Origin: Candidatus Moanibacter sp. | GTDB lineage: Bacteria > Verrucomicrobiota > Verrucomicrobiia > Opitutales > UBA2987 | Direction of reading: 5' to 3' | DNA: 64,000 bases | NCBI GenBank assembly: GCA_965215885.1 | Contig: CBDCEW010000101.1 | Coordinates: 96,001-160,000, forward strand | Part shown: positions 30,039 to 40,329 of the stretch, piece after piece | How the letters are laid out: every line of letters starts with the position of its first letter | Numbering within the stretch: position 1 is the first letter of the stretch | The notes under the pieces: generated by a model | Database searches by the model: none | Told to the model about the DNA's origin: nothing | Seen by the model: only the letters and a program-made list of their open reading frames with translations | Program-made: the position numbers and the translations under genes

Positions 30039-30449
30039 CGGTTGGTCCTGCTCGAGGAGAAAAGATGAAGGCATATGGCGGAAATGATGATGAAGATTTG
30101 ACAGGTGTCGATGGGGTTTCGGGTGACGAGTGGTTTCAGGGGCTTCTTTGTCGAACTCCAGGTCTACTGAAACGGCGGCAATTTCCCGGAACCTGTTTTT
30201 CAAATCGCTTCTGCTCAGATACCGGATCCCGTCTCCTTTATCGTCAATCGACGATAAACGATTCTGTGCGATTGGTTTGTTCAGGATGGGATCCGAACGA
30301 CGAAGTTGTCCGGCTACTGTCGAGTCCCGACACCCGAAACCCTTGAATCCATGGCATCTTCTTATCCGGACTCGACATCGGCGCCGTGATCTGAAACCTG
30401 AATCCGGAAATCCTTTTCGAATAGGTTCCATATTGAATGTTCAGCTAAA

Positions 30450-33041
30450 ATGACCGGTAACCTTCACAACAGCTGGCCGGTTCTGAAGTCCTACGATCAG
30501 GAGCATCTTGATCGCATTGCGATGCCGATCGGAGGGATCGGAACCGGGACGATAAGCCTGGGCGGGCGGGGCGACTTGCGTGACTGGGAGATCATGAACC
30601 GTCCGGCGAAGGGATTTATTCCGTGTTGGCCGTTGAGTCACGGGAACCGGGCGCGGATTGGGCCTTTCTTCGCCCTCTATGCGAAGCCAAGCACCGGCGA
30701 TGCGGTTGCACGGTTGCTCGAAGGCCCGTTGCCGATTGAGGCCTACGAGGGCCAGATGGGCGCGACAGGTCCCAACCACGGCCTGCCGCGGTTTCGGAAT
30801 TGCCGGTTTTCGGCGGCCTATCCTCTCGCCCAGGTATCCCTGGACGATCCGGCTGTTCCCCTTGTTGCGAGGATGGAAGCGTTTAATCCGATGGTCCCGG
30901 GCGATGCCGAGGCGAGTGGTTTACCGGTCGCGGTCCTCCGTATTGTCCTGACCAACAAGACGAAGCTTCCGGTTCAGACCTCAGTTTGCGGATCGCTCCC
31001 GAACTTTATCGGTTTTGAGTCTGGTAGTGAGATGGAAGAAGCTCCGGGAAAGGAGCGCCGCGTACGTTTTCGTGTCGGTAAATCGGTCCGTGGTCTTTTC
31101 TACGATGCCCCGGGTGTGGAGGGCAGAAGAGAATCCTTGGGCACGATGGCGTTGGCGACGACGGCACGAATCGGCATTTCGCACCGCACTTCTTGGATCG
31201 AAGCGCACTGGAGCCGGGCATCACTTGATTTTTGGGATGATTTCAGCACTGACGGCAAACTCGAGCCACGTAAGGGGTCCGGCCAGACGGAGCCGATGGG
31301 ATCTCTCGGGGTCTCTCTCCGCGTGCCACCGGGAGCGGCGCGTGCCGTGACGTTTTTGATCACCTGGCATTTTCCCAATCGATTCGCGTGGGCGCCGCAG
31401 ACCGAGAAACCCTGCTGCGGCGATTCGGGCTCCCGAGGCCGCGGCACGGTTGAAGAGGCCGGGGAGGGAAACTGGTATTGCACCCGCTACAAGGACGCCT
31501 GGAACGCCGCGGCTGAGATCGCACCCCGTTTGCCGCAGCTGGAACGGGCCACGGTAGCGTTTGTGAAAGCCTTTTGTAGCTCTGATTTGCCTGAACCGGT
31601 GAAAGAGGCCGCCCTTTTCAACACTTCGACGCTCCGCACGGAGACCTGCTTTCGCACACGTGAAGGACATTTCCTGGCGTGGGAAGGTTGCCGGGACGAA
31701 GAGGGTTGCTGCCATGGCTCTTGCACGCACGTTTGGAATTATGAGCACGCGACGGCGCATCTATTCGGCGACTTGAGCCGGTCCATGCGCGAAACCGAGT
31801 TTCTGCACGCTACTGACGAAGAGGGCAAGATGGCTTTCCGGGTCGACTTGCCTCTGCCGGAGCGCCAGACCGAAGGGCCCGCCGCGGCGGATGGACAGAT
31901 GGGCTGTTTGCTCAAACTCTACCGGGACTGGCAACTGTCCGGGGACGACGAATTTCTGCGCGCCCTCTGGCCGCATGCGCGCCGGGCGCTCGAGTTCTGC
32001 TGGGTCAAAGGGGGATGGGATGCCGATCGCGACGGCGTCATGGAAGGCTGCCAGCACAACACCATGGACGTGGAGTACTTCGGGCCGAATCCGCAGATGA
32101 CGGGATGGTACCTGGGCGCTTTGCGGGCGGCTGAGGAAATGGCCTGCTTCCTCGGCGAAGACGCGTTCGCCGACACCTGCCGATCTCTCTTTGAACGCGG
32201 AAGCGAGTGGATGGATGAGTATCTCTTCAACGGTGACTACTACGAGCACCAGGTGCGGGTGCTGCGGCGATGGAGCGACGTCCACCCCGCACTGCGGCTG
32301 AATATGGGTTCGAGTAAGCTGAAGAATCCCGATCTTCAACTCGGCCCGGGTTGCCTCGTCGATCAGCTGGTGGGACAATACACCGCACACCTTTGCGGCC
32401 TCGGCTACCTGCACGAAAAAGCAAAGGTGAGGAAAACCCTTCGCAGCGTTCTGCGCTTCAACCGGTGCACGAATTTTGGCTCACATTTTAACAACATGCG
32501 CAGCTACGTGCTCGGCGTTGAGACGGGGTTGCTGATGGCGGCTTATCCCCCAGGGAAACGTCCCAGGTTTCCGTTTCCCTACTTTTCCGAGGTGATGACC
32601 GGGTTCGAATATACCGCAGCGGTCGGCATGATCTACGAAGGACTGAAGGGGCTCGGACTCAAGGTGATCGGAGACATCAGGGACCGCTATGACGGGAGAA
32701 AACGCAATCCGTTCGACGAGGCGGAGTGCGGTCACCACTACGGCCGGGCCATGGCTTCGTGGTCGGCTGTCCTCGCATTTACCGGTTTCCACTACAGCGC
32801 CGTTCAGGGAACGATGACCTTCGCGCCATCGGAGAAACCTGTCACCTGGTTCTGGTCGAACGGGTACGCCTGGGGAACCTTCTCCCAAGAAAAGAAGCGC
32901 GGGGGCGTCGCCGTGGAATTACTGGTGCTTTACGGAAGGCTGGAACTGGCGAGATTAGCGCTCACCGGCATCGGTCAGATCGAATTTCCGAGGCGCCGGG
33001 TATTCCGCAAAGGACGAGGCTTGAAATGTGTCATTTCGTGA
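30450..33041 (+). CDS. Glycoside hydrolase family 116 (non-lysosomal glucosylceramidase-like)
   Basis: MPIGGIGTG, GSCTHVWNY, AADGQMG, QHNTMDVE, EVMTGFEY, NPFDEAECGHHY.RAM. Confidence 0.9.
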   Translation: MTGNLHNSWPVLKSYDQEHLDRIAMPIGGIGTGTISLGGRGDLRDWEIMNRPAKGFIPCWPLSHGNRARIGPFFALYAKPSTGDAVARLLEGPLPIEAYEGQMGATGPNHGLPRFRNCRFSAAYPLAQVSLDDPAVPLVARMEAFNPMVPGDAEASGLPVAVLRIVLTNKTKLPVQTSVCGSLPNFIGFESGSEMEEAPGKERRVRFRVGKSVRGLFYDAPGVEGRRESLGTMALATTARIGISHRTSWIEAHWSRASLDFWDDFSTDGKLEPRKGSGQTEPMGSLGVSLRVPPGAARAVTFLITWHFPNRFAWAPQTEKPCCGDSGSRGRGTVEEAGEGNWYCTRYKDAWNAAAEIAPRLPQLERATVAFVKAFCSSDLPEPVKEAALFNTSTLRTETCFRTREGHFLAWEGCRDEEGCCHGSCTHVWNYEHATAHLFGDLSRSMRETEFLHATDEEGKMAFRVDLPLPERQTEGPAAADGQMGCLLKLYRDWQLSGDDEFLRALWPHARRALEFCWVKGGWDADRDGVMEGCQHNTMDVEYFGPNPQMTGWYLGALRAAEEMACFLGEDAFADTCRSLFERGSEWMDEYLFNGDYYEHQVRVLRRWSDVHPALRLNMGSSKLKNPDLQLGPGCLVDQLVGQYTAHLCGLGYLHEKAKVRKTLRSVLRFNRCTNFGSHFNNMRSYVLGVETGLLMAAYPPGKRPRFPFPYFSEVMTGFEYTAAVGMIYEGLKGLGLKVIGDIRDRYDGRKRNPFDEAECGHHYGRAMASWSAVLAFTGFHYSAVQGTMTFAPSEKPVTWFWSNGYAWGTFSQEKKRGGVAVELLVLYGRLELARLALTGIGQIEFPRRRVFRKGRGLKCVIS

Positions 33042-33198
33042 TGGCGCAGCAGGGTGCGCGACTGATGTAAAATTTTGGTGTCCATGCGGGTTTATGAGCC
33101 ATATGTAGGACAAGCGTCCCGCTTGTCTGTGTTTTCGGGGCAAGGGAAAGACCTATATAGCCTCGAGTCTCCTCTCCCCTGCGGGGTGATATATTCTC

Positions 33199-33380
33199 TC
33201 GAAACTTGATCGTAAGCTTCGTCGTAAGCTTACTCGAAAGATCAACCTGAAACGTCGACGGACTTGACCCTCCCTGCCGAAACTTAATCGTAAGCCTCGT
33301 CGTAAGCTTTGTCGAGAGATCGGGCGAAAACATCGACGAAGTTGACGATTAAGCTTGCGAGGAAATTTCCCTGGGGGGAG
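33199..33380. repeat. 12-bp-periodic hairpin repeats, left flank of the four-helix-bundle gene
   Basis: AAACTTAATCGTAAGCCTCGTCGTAAGCTTTGTCG ... CGACGAAGTTGACGATTAAGCTTGCGA. Confidence 0.85.
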
Positions 33381-33433
33381 GAACCTCCTTCTGCTCGCCA
33401 TCGCCCAATACTCCGTCCTAATCTTCCCGACCA

Positions 33434-34198
33434 GTGAGCGCTACCTTCAATCACGAGAAACTGCTTGTCTATCAGAAGACGTTGGCATTCTATGGAATAG
33501 CAGACACTTTGGTGCAAGATTGGGATTCCAAACGTGCAATCACCGATCATCTCCCAAGAGCAGCACAGAGCAGCGTTGAAAACCTTGCAAACGCGAGTTC
33601 TGCAATCTCTAAGGGATCGAAGTTAAAATCGCTCGACTACAGCTTGGGGTCTACACTCGAGTGCGCAGCCTGTCTCGACATCGCCGAAGTAAAGCGACTT
33701 CTCAACGGAGAAATTGTGGCGCAATACAAAGCGAATCTCGCAGAAATTGTCAGAATGACGATGGGCCTTCAAGATTCCTGGTCCCAACACATACTACGAG
33801 AAGATGGAGTCACGTATGGCGGGGATACAACCTCACGACCGCAGCGGTCGGGGTTTCACCACGAGGAACTCGACGTCTACATAGTTGCTCTTGAAGTGAT
33901 TCGATGGTTCTGCGAATCGGAGTTATCGGCGGGACTCTCGGTCCGCTTATTGCGCAAATTGGATGCGTTCGCCACCAGCATCGTGCTGAATATAGCGGAA
34001 GGTAACGGTCGTTACTCAGAAAGGGATAAGCGAAGTTTTCTCCAGACTGCTCACCAGTCAACGGTCAAACTGGCGACTCAGCTGGATCTTTGTATCCTAA
34101 AGGGGCTGCTATGTTCAAAGGATGCCGACGTCGGAAAGAACCTGATTGTCAGAGTTGCGAGTATGACCGCAGCCATGATCAGGAGTAAACGAACCTAA
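33434..34198 (+). CDS. Tandem four-helix-bundle protein (23S-IVS/Avd-like fold, two domains)
   Basis: FNHEKLLVYQ..RAAQSSVENLA..GSTLECAACLD and FHHEELDVY..SIVLNIAEGNGR; linker LREDGVTYG. Confidence 0.85.
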   Translation: MSATFNHEKLLVYQKTLAFYGIADTLVQDWDSKRAITDHLPRAAQSSVENLANASSAISKGSKLKSLDYSLGSTLECAACLDIAEVKRLLNGEIVAQYKANLAEIVRMTMGLQDSWSQHILREDGVTYGGDTTSRPQRSGFHHEELDVYIVALEVIRWFCESELSAGLSVRLLRKLDAFATSIVLNIAEGNGRYSERDKRSFLQTAHQSTVKLATQLDLCILKGLLCSKDADVGKNLIVRVASMTAAMIRSKRT

Positions 34199-34220
34199 TA
34201 GAGAATTGACGGAAAACCGC

Positions 34221-34424
34221 GTCGAAGCTTACGACGAAGGTGCCCTGACGGGGGTAGTAGGGCTCCCTATCAAAACTTAATCGTAAGCTGCGTCGTAAGC
34301 TTAGTCGAAGACCCAGCCGGAAACATCGATGAAGTTGACGATCAAGCTTACGACGAAGATGCCCAGCCGGGCGGAAGAGGATCCTCCAAACCTAATCGTA
34401 ATCTTCGTCGCAAGCTTAGTCGAA
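34221..34424. repeat. 12-bp-periodic hairpin repeats, right flank of the four-helix-bundle gene
   Basis: AAACTTAATCGTAAGCTGCGTCGTAAGCTTAGTCG ... CGATGAAGTTGACGATCAAGCTTACGACGAAG. Confidence 0.85.
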
Positions 34425-34518
34425 CGATCGCGTGATATTGAATCGAGTGGGGAGAGCGGAAGAAAAAAGAATTGCAAAGTTTGTGCCTGGACGGGCAGAA
34501 TCTGTGTAACATTCATCC

Positions 34519-35358
34519 ATGAACCGATTATCACCGGAAGAAATCACCTTTTTTAAACGCGAGGGCTACCTGATCAAAAAGGGTGTTCTTGACCCGGATC
34601 TGATGGCGCGAGCCCGGGAACGAAAATGGGTGGGCGCACCTGATCGCATGAAGCGGGATGATCCCTCCACCTGGTTTGGGCCGTGGAGCACCGAGGAAGA
34701 AACCAGCGAAGCGGAGGCTGACTGTAAGCTGGGATACACTTGGAAATATCGCGAACCGGCTGAGGAGGAATGGCTTGTCCGCATGATGGCGGCAAATCCC
34801 GTAATTGTCGGCTGGGTCGAGCAGCTCCTCGGTGAGGGGACTTTCGACGTGAAGGAACGTGTTCGCGGCATCTATTGCCGTCTACCGATGGGAGATGCAC
34901 CGGAAAAGCCTCTCGTCTGCCACTGCGATGTTGGACCCGACCGACTGCACGAGACGCTGTTCACGCAACTCCTAAACCCCGGCGTCGGCGCCGTGGGACT
35001 GATCGCGCCCATCCCACCGAACGGAGGAGCTTTCACCGTCTGGCCGGGAACGCACAGGATAATCTATGACCTCATGATAAACACGGAAGGCCTTGCACGG
35101 AACGAGGCCTATAAGCAAAGGATTATCGACTTTAACGACGATTATCACGTGGAGGGCTGCGGCGAAGCGGGCGACGTTCTATTATGGCATCGCCTTCTGG
35201 CCCACGCCGCCGGGTGGAACCGATCCGAGGTACTGCAGTTGCGCGAAGCTGTTCTCTGTGATTACCCGCACCGTGAGAATCCCGACGCGGAAGCGAAGTC
35301 CTCTTACGAAGACATGTGGGAGGCATGGTCGGGGGAGGTGCGGAGGGCTGCTGTTTGA
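34519..35358 (+). CDS. PhyH-family dioxygenase
   Basis: FFKREGYLI, HCD (HxD), GAFTVWPGTH, AGDVLLWHRLLAH. Confidence 0.85.
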   Translation: MNRLSPEEITFFKREGYLIKKGVLDPDLMARARERKWVGAPDRMKRDDPSTWFGPWSTEEETSEAEADCKLGYTWKYREPAEEEWLVRMMAANPVIVGWVEQLLGEGTFDVKERVRGIYCRLPMGDAPEKPLVCHCDVGPDRLHETLFTQLLNPGVGAVGLIAPIPPNGGAFTVWPGTHRIIYDLMINTEGLARNEAYKQRIIDFNDDYHVEGCGEAGDVLLWHRLLAHAAGWNRSEVLQLREAVLCDYPHRENPDAEAKSSYEDMWEAWSGEVRRAAV

Positions 35359-36065
35359 TCGCAGTGAGCAAATCGATTTGAGGAAAGCTTCCTCGTTCTT
35401 GGAGCAAGGTGTTCGATCGCTGTCTTATCTGGCGTATTCTGGACCAGGAACGCAGATCCGTCCTCCCCCCGGTGGCTTCGGCGGGACACGTTTGATGGCG
35501 CCCTCCACCGTAGCTCTCCAAATTTCGCGCGCTTTATGCCTTACGGGCTCCTCGCCACCTCGATGAATAACTTGGACAACTGATAAGCTATGTCGAAGAA
35601 GCTGGGCGTGGCAACCTGTCTCGGCATCTTTTGTCTCGCCGTAGTCTTGACGAAGGCGGAAGTCCCAAGGACGGCGGCGCATCCAGAGTAAGGCAGGTAG
35701 AGCCTTCCCGACTCCTGGATCGCCGCGTCTCCCTTCGGTCGGCTCGCGATGACAGTGTGCTGTCTTTCAATTGTCGGAGGAACACGGGCCTCTTTCCCCT
35801 CGGCCGCGAGTTCGGGGCCGAACGGCACAGGGCTAACGGCGAAACCGATTTGTAGCCCGCTTATTGTGTGAAATAGGTGGGCTAGCATTGAGCAAGCTTC
35901 TCACTCCTCGCGTCGAAACAGAAGCCGCAACATATTGCGACTTTAGTGGATTGCCAGCAACCGCGTTAGCTGTATGTAATTAATCTAGGCTAAAGTGTTG
36001 ACCGGAAGTGGGTCGGCGTGTCCCAAAAGAGGCCCGCGAGGTAGAGAAGAGGATGGGGTTTTGAT

Positions 36066-36390
36066 ATGAGTAGAACTGCGAAGATATCGCTTGTGAGTTA
36101 CCCGACGCTTCCGTCTGACCTGCCGGACAGACTCTCGAAAACTCTAGAGCGAATGGGAGAGCACGTCGACCATGCGGCGGCGCTCGAGAGCGATCTCGTG
36201 GCGTTCCCTGAAATCTGCAATACACTCGGGGCTTCCGACGCCTGGCAGTTCGAACCGCTCGACGGGCCGACGATCACTACCATAGGAAAAAAGGCGAAGG
36301 CTCACGGCATCTATATCGTTTGTCCAATGGGCACTTTCGATTCGGAGGGCAGAAAACGAAATAGCTCCGTTCTTATCGGGCGGGATGGCG
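36066..36390 (+). pseudogene. Carbon-nitrogen hydrolase (nitrilase family), 5' fragment
   Basis: DLVAFPE and RNSSVLIGRDG, then loses similarity before the catalytic K and C. Confidence 0.75.
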
Positions 36391-36469
36391 GGCATTTCTT
36401 TCGCTACTGGCTTCCGGACCTGGCGTTGTTTGACGCATTGGAGATGCTCAAGGATCCCCAACCGCCGCT

Positions 36470-37927
36470 TTAGCCCGCGTTGTCGATGAGATGTTCGACT
36501 CTCGACCTTGAAAAGACTTTCTTCTCGTCGGCATATCGGCCGCAAATCCCGAGTTGTCCCGAACCTGTAACCACTTCATTGAAGCCATCCCGGGTCGGGT
36601 CGACGTAGCGAGAAAACCATTTTATCAAGCGCTGATGCATCTCGTTTTCCATCGTCTGCCACTCGGGATTCCCGGCGAGATTGATTTGCTCTGCAGGGTC
36701 ATTCTTGAGGTCATACAATTCGTTCGGACCGTACGAGCGCCGATGGACATACTTCCATTCCCTGGTTCGTGCCATTCGAACGAGGCCGTATTCGTCAAAC
36801 ACAGCGATCTGATCGTGGCTGTCATTTGAATCACCCCGCCATACGCCAGCAAAACTCTTTCCCGGGAGGGCGTCATCTTGTGGGGTATCGATACCAAGAT
36901 AGTCGAGGAGCGTTGGCATGAAGTCATACTGACTCATCAAATCACCGTTTACCATTCCTTGTGGAATGCTTCCGGGCCGCGAGACGATAAACGGAACCTT
37001 GATTGACTCCTCAAACATATTCAAAGGGAACGTGGCATTGCCTTTCCCATATACACCATGGTGTCCCATATTCATTCCGTTATCGCTGGTAAAGATGATC
37101 ATGGTGTCCTTACGCAGATTGTTTGCCTCAAGCCAATCGATCAACCTGCCAATGTTGCGATCCATTTCCGCTACCGCTGCGTAATAGCCGCTCAGGTGGC
37201 CGCGACGCTTTTCAGCACTCCGGACCGGAATGCTCACATATTGGATCCATTCGGGCGGCGTTTGCTTGTCGGGAACCGACTCAAAAGAGCAATCATTGTA
37301 ATAACGGTCATACAAGTCGGGTGGATGGTTCTCACGCGACCATGGCGAATGAGGTGCAGTATAGTGAACACTCATGTAGAAAGGAAATTCATTAGTTTTC
37401 TGTGTCTCCAGCCAGCGAAGCGCATTGTCGGTAATCACGTCAGTAACGTAATCGGGCTCTTCATACACTGCACCATTTCTTATCATGGGAGCATTATAAT
37501 AGGGACCCCCGCCTTTGGCGTGGACTTCCCAAAATTCGAATCCTTTCTGTGGATGGTGAGAATCCCCCAGATGCCATTTCCCGCTAATTCCGCAGCAATA
37601 GCCGGAATCAGAGAGAATTTCTGTGTAACAGGTTTGATCTTTTAGATACTCAATTAATTCACCATTCCGCGACGGTTCATATTTGGCGATTGTGTCACCC
37701 GCTGCGATCCAGTCGTGGACACCGTGTTGCGAGGGAATTTTCCCCGTAAGCAATGAGGCCCGTGCAGGTGAGCATACAGGGGATGTGCAGAAGAAATTCT
37801 CGAACCTCAGCCCCGTCTCAGCAAGGCGATCAAGGTTCGGAGTTTCGATTTCATCATTGCCGGCACATCGCATAGCCCAGGGACCTTGATCATCAGACAG
37901 GAGGAAGAGAATGTTTGGGCGCTTCAC
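36470..37927 (-). CDS. Sulfatase
   Basis: RPNILFLLSDD, CSPARASLLTG, GKWHLG, TSDNG; GTG start overlaps the dehydratase stop codon. Confidence 0.92.
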   Translation of the reverse strand: MKRPNILFLLSDDQGPWAMRCAGNDEIETPNLDRLAETGLRFENFFCTSPVCSPARASLLTGKIPSQHGVHDWIAAGDTIAKYEPSRNGELIEYLKDQTCYTEILSDSGYCCGISGKWHLGDSHHPQKGFEFWEVHAKGGGPYYNAPMIRNGAVYEEPDYVTDVITDNALRWLETQKTNEFPFYMSVHYTAPHSPWSRENHPPDLYDRYYNDCSFESVPDKQTPPEWIQYVSIPVRSAEKRRGHLSGYYAAVAEMDRNIGRLIDWLEANNLRKDTMIIFTSDNGMNMGHHGVYGKGNATFPLNMFEESIKVPFIVSRPGSIPQGMVNGDLMSQYDFMPTLLDYLGIDTPQDDALPGKSFAGVWRGDSNDSHDQIAVFDEYGLVRMARTREWKYVHRRSYGPNELYDLKNDPAEQINLAGNPEWQTMENEMHQRLIKWFSRYVDPTRDGFNEVVTGSGQLGICGRYADEKKVFSRSRVEHLIDNAG

Positions 37928-39090
37928 TCGAAAAACGGTTCGATCCACTCCTTCGGGATCTCCAGACCGAACCCCGGGGCATCGCTGGGGCTGACGCGGC
38001 CGTTTTTCGGAAAGGGCGTTCCCGGAAGGCGCGGCAGCTCCTCGATGGGAACGCCCGGCGCAGAGCCGACGAAATATTCCGCCCACGGCACGGCCGGTGT
38101 GGCGATGGAGAAATGCTGGCCGTAGGGATCTTTTGCGCCCGTGTGAAGGATCACTGAAAGCCCTGCGGCGTCCGCGATATGTGCGATCTTGCGAGCCGTC
38201 GAGATACCGCCACACCAATGGAGATCGGGTTGGAATATGTCTACAGCCCGATGATTCGCGGCCCATTGAAAGGGGACATGGGTGTACCAGTGCTCGCCGG
38301 TGGCGAGGGTCTGCCATGGCAGGCGCTCCCGTAGAGCCACGTGGGCGTCCAGATCTTCGGAAATGAGACACTCCTCCATCCACTTGAGCCGGTAGGGCCG
38401 CAGTGTCTCCGCCAGCCGCACCGTGTACTCCACGTCGAACGCCATCCAGCAATCGAGCATCAGTTCGCAATCGTCGCCGATCGTCTCACGGGCTTTGGCG
38501 ACAAGCTCTTCGTTCCGGCGGATGCCGTCGATTCCGTCCACCGGGCCGCAGGGGCAGGCCAGTTTGAAGGCCTTAAATCCCAATTCCTTGTACCAGTCGA
38601 AATCGTTACCCGTCGCGTAGCAAAAGAGATCATCTTTCTGCTTGCCACCGAGGAGCGTGTAGACCGGTTGCTGCAAGACTCTTGCGCGCGCGTCCCACAG
38701 CGCGAGGTCAACCGCGCTGATCGCGTTGGAGGCCAACCCCGGGGTGCCGTAGGGCTTGGTGAGCCGGAACATCATGTCGGCCAAACGCTCGGTGGCGAGT
38801 CCGTCTTCGCCGACCAATTGCGGAGCCAGATGATCCTCGATGATTGCCGCCGTGACGCGCCCGCCCCCGGTGCTGCCGAGACCCCAAGTGCCGTCCTCAA
38901 GGGTCACCCGGCACCAGACCCCCTCCCATTTTCTTGGCATCCAGAGTCCGCGGTGTCGCTTGACTTTCGGGTAGCGGGACATCGGGTTGGCCACTTCGGC
39001 GGTTTCGGCCCAACCGGATCGCCGGGCCGGAGTCTTCGGTTCAGAGTGCGGAGCGTTTACGCGCACGGTGCTGATTTCGGTGATTCTCAT
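37924..39090 (-). CDS. Mandelate racemase/enolase-family sugar-acid dehydratase (L-rhamnonate dehydratase-like)
   Basis: VANPMSRYP, AISAVDLALWD, LMLDCWM, WMEE, TGEH, QPD..WCGG. Confidence 0.88.
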   Translation of the reverse strand: MRITEISTVRVNAPHSEPKTPARRSGWAETAEVANPMSRYPKVKRHRGLWMPRKWEGVWCRVTLEDGTWGLGSTGGGRVTAAIIEDHLAPQLVGEDGLATERLADMMFRLTKPYGTPGLASNAISAVDLALWDARARVLQQPVYTLLGGKQKDDLFCYATGNDFDWYKELGFKAFKLACPCGPVDGIDGIRRNEELVAKARETIGDDCELMLDCWMAFDVEYTVRLAETLRPYRLKWMEECLISEDLDAHVALRERLPWQTLATGEHWYTHVPFQWAANHRAVDIFQPDLHWCGGISTARKIAHIADAAGLSVILHTGAKDPYGQHFSIATPAVPWAEYFVGSAPGVPIEELPRLPGTPFPKNGRVSPSDAPGFGLEIPKEWIEPFFE

Positions 39091-39312
39091 GTTCTCGCGA
39101 TAAAGAGAGTGGGCAACGAATTGAAGAATAGCAATGAATAGAGCAATACCATGGCGTTTGGACTCGAGGACGAGAACGAGACTTCTACTCGATCCACCCC
39201 GGTTCTGCCCGGCGCATGCGCGTAAACCAAAGAGTTAGCCCGCTGATGCAGTAGCCATACCACTGTTCCTTGCGGTGATCGAGCGATTGAGGACGAAAGC
39301 TCAATCCATTCT

Positions 39313-39510
39313 TTATTCGATTAGCGTGGCGACGGTCACTGACGAGCACAGTGGGATGGGGCAAAGCCCGCGCAAGCCTCCGTTCACCAGCAGCTCCGCC
39401 AACTGGAAGGCATGGTCTTCCCTTAGGCCTGCCGTTTTTAAGCAATCTTCCGCGAAGTGAGTGAGGTTTTCGCAACGGATGCGTTTGAAATCCTTTGGTG
39501 GAAGGTTCAT
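39313..39510 (-). pseudogene. Ldh_2-family oxidoreductase, 5' fragment
   Basis: AGL...HA..LAELLV...LRG N-terminal pattern, then truncated. Confidence 0.5.
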
Positions 39511-39609
39511 CAGCTTGAGATGTGATGTCAGTCTTTGGTTTTCGACGGTTTCTGTGTAGATGAATCACGCAGGAAAGTTATTAGCAAATAGTTAAGTAGT
39601 AGCTGAATC

Positions 39610-39850
39610 ATGGTCACAAAGGACACTGAGAAGCCTGGCGCAGCGAAGCCGCAACCAAAAAAGAAGAAGAGAACCGCAGATGCACGCAGATGGACGCGAA
39701 TGAGGAAGAAAACTCCTACTTCCCTTGGAAACCTCGTCGCGAACCTTGTCGACTGCATTTCCTTTTCGTTTTCCTTTGTTTCTATCGACGCGCGGGATTC
39801 AACTCTCCGTGGTCCTCTGTGCTTCTCGGTGATCTCTGTGGCCCCTCTTC
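39610..39850. repeat. Composite of 9-bp-periodic and 12-bp-periodic repeat modules
   Basis: AACCGCAGATGCACGCAGATGGACGCG (inverse of 25128-25155); CTCCGTGGTCCTCTGTGCTTCTC (inverse of 26848-26870); AACCTCGTCGCGAACCTTGTCGA. Confidence 0.75.
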
Positions 39851-40329
39851 AGTCGGTCGAAGTTTCAGTTTGGGACGCGGGATTGACGTCAAGCAGGATA
39901 AGACCTACGACAATCAGCCAGTGAAGACGCTGGACGAGCACAAGGAGGAATTCAAAACACAGGCGTCTCCCATGGCTTCTCGGCATTGATGATCTTATGT
40001 TTCGTCGGGCCAATTACGGATATTACCGGACCGATGAGGAGATGTGGCATCAGTGGGCCAACACTTTGCGTATCCTTTCCTCCCGGTGGCTTCCTAATCT
40101 TACAATCGCCTGCACCTTAGTATTCGAGTTCGGTAAATACTGTGGTGTATGTCAGAGCGCCATTGGGGGTAGTGTAAGGCGCGCCAACGAGTTGACAGGC
40201 TCCCAATTAAACTTTGGGGATATTCTTGACCTTCTCTGTTGACCAGGTCGGGTGTATGAAGATTATAATAGGGTGAAAATACTCATTCACATATATTTTG
40301 ATACCCATTAACCCCGCATAAAGGTTGAT

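Noticed and set aside
30039..30431. Long N-terminal extension of the arylsulfatase in the ORF track
   Set aside because: Sulfatase similarity starts at MTTPNIL, preceded by a GAGG/AGGA RBS-like sequence; the extension looks like an incidental open frame.
33434..34198. Diversity-generating retroelement (Avd-like gene) or 23S rRNA intervening sequence
   Set aside because: No reverse transcriptase, no TR/VR pair with adenine-specific mismatches and no rRNA sequence seen in the window.
35815..35972. Integron attC-like site (GCTAAC..GTTAGC)
   Set aside because: I could not find convincing L boxes or extended pairing, and there is no integrase or cassette array.
37928..38470. N-terminal extension of the 666-aa sulfatase ORF
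   Set aside because: It overlaps the dehydratase in another frame; the true start is the coupled GTG at 37927.
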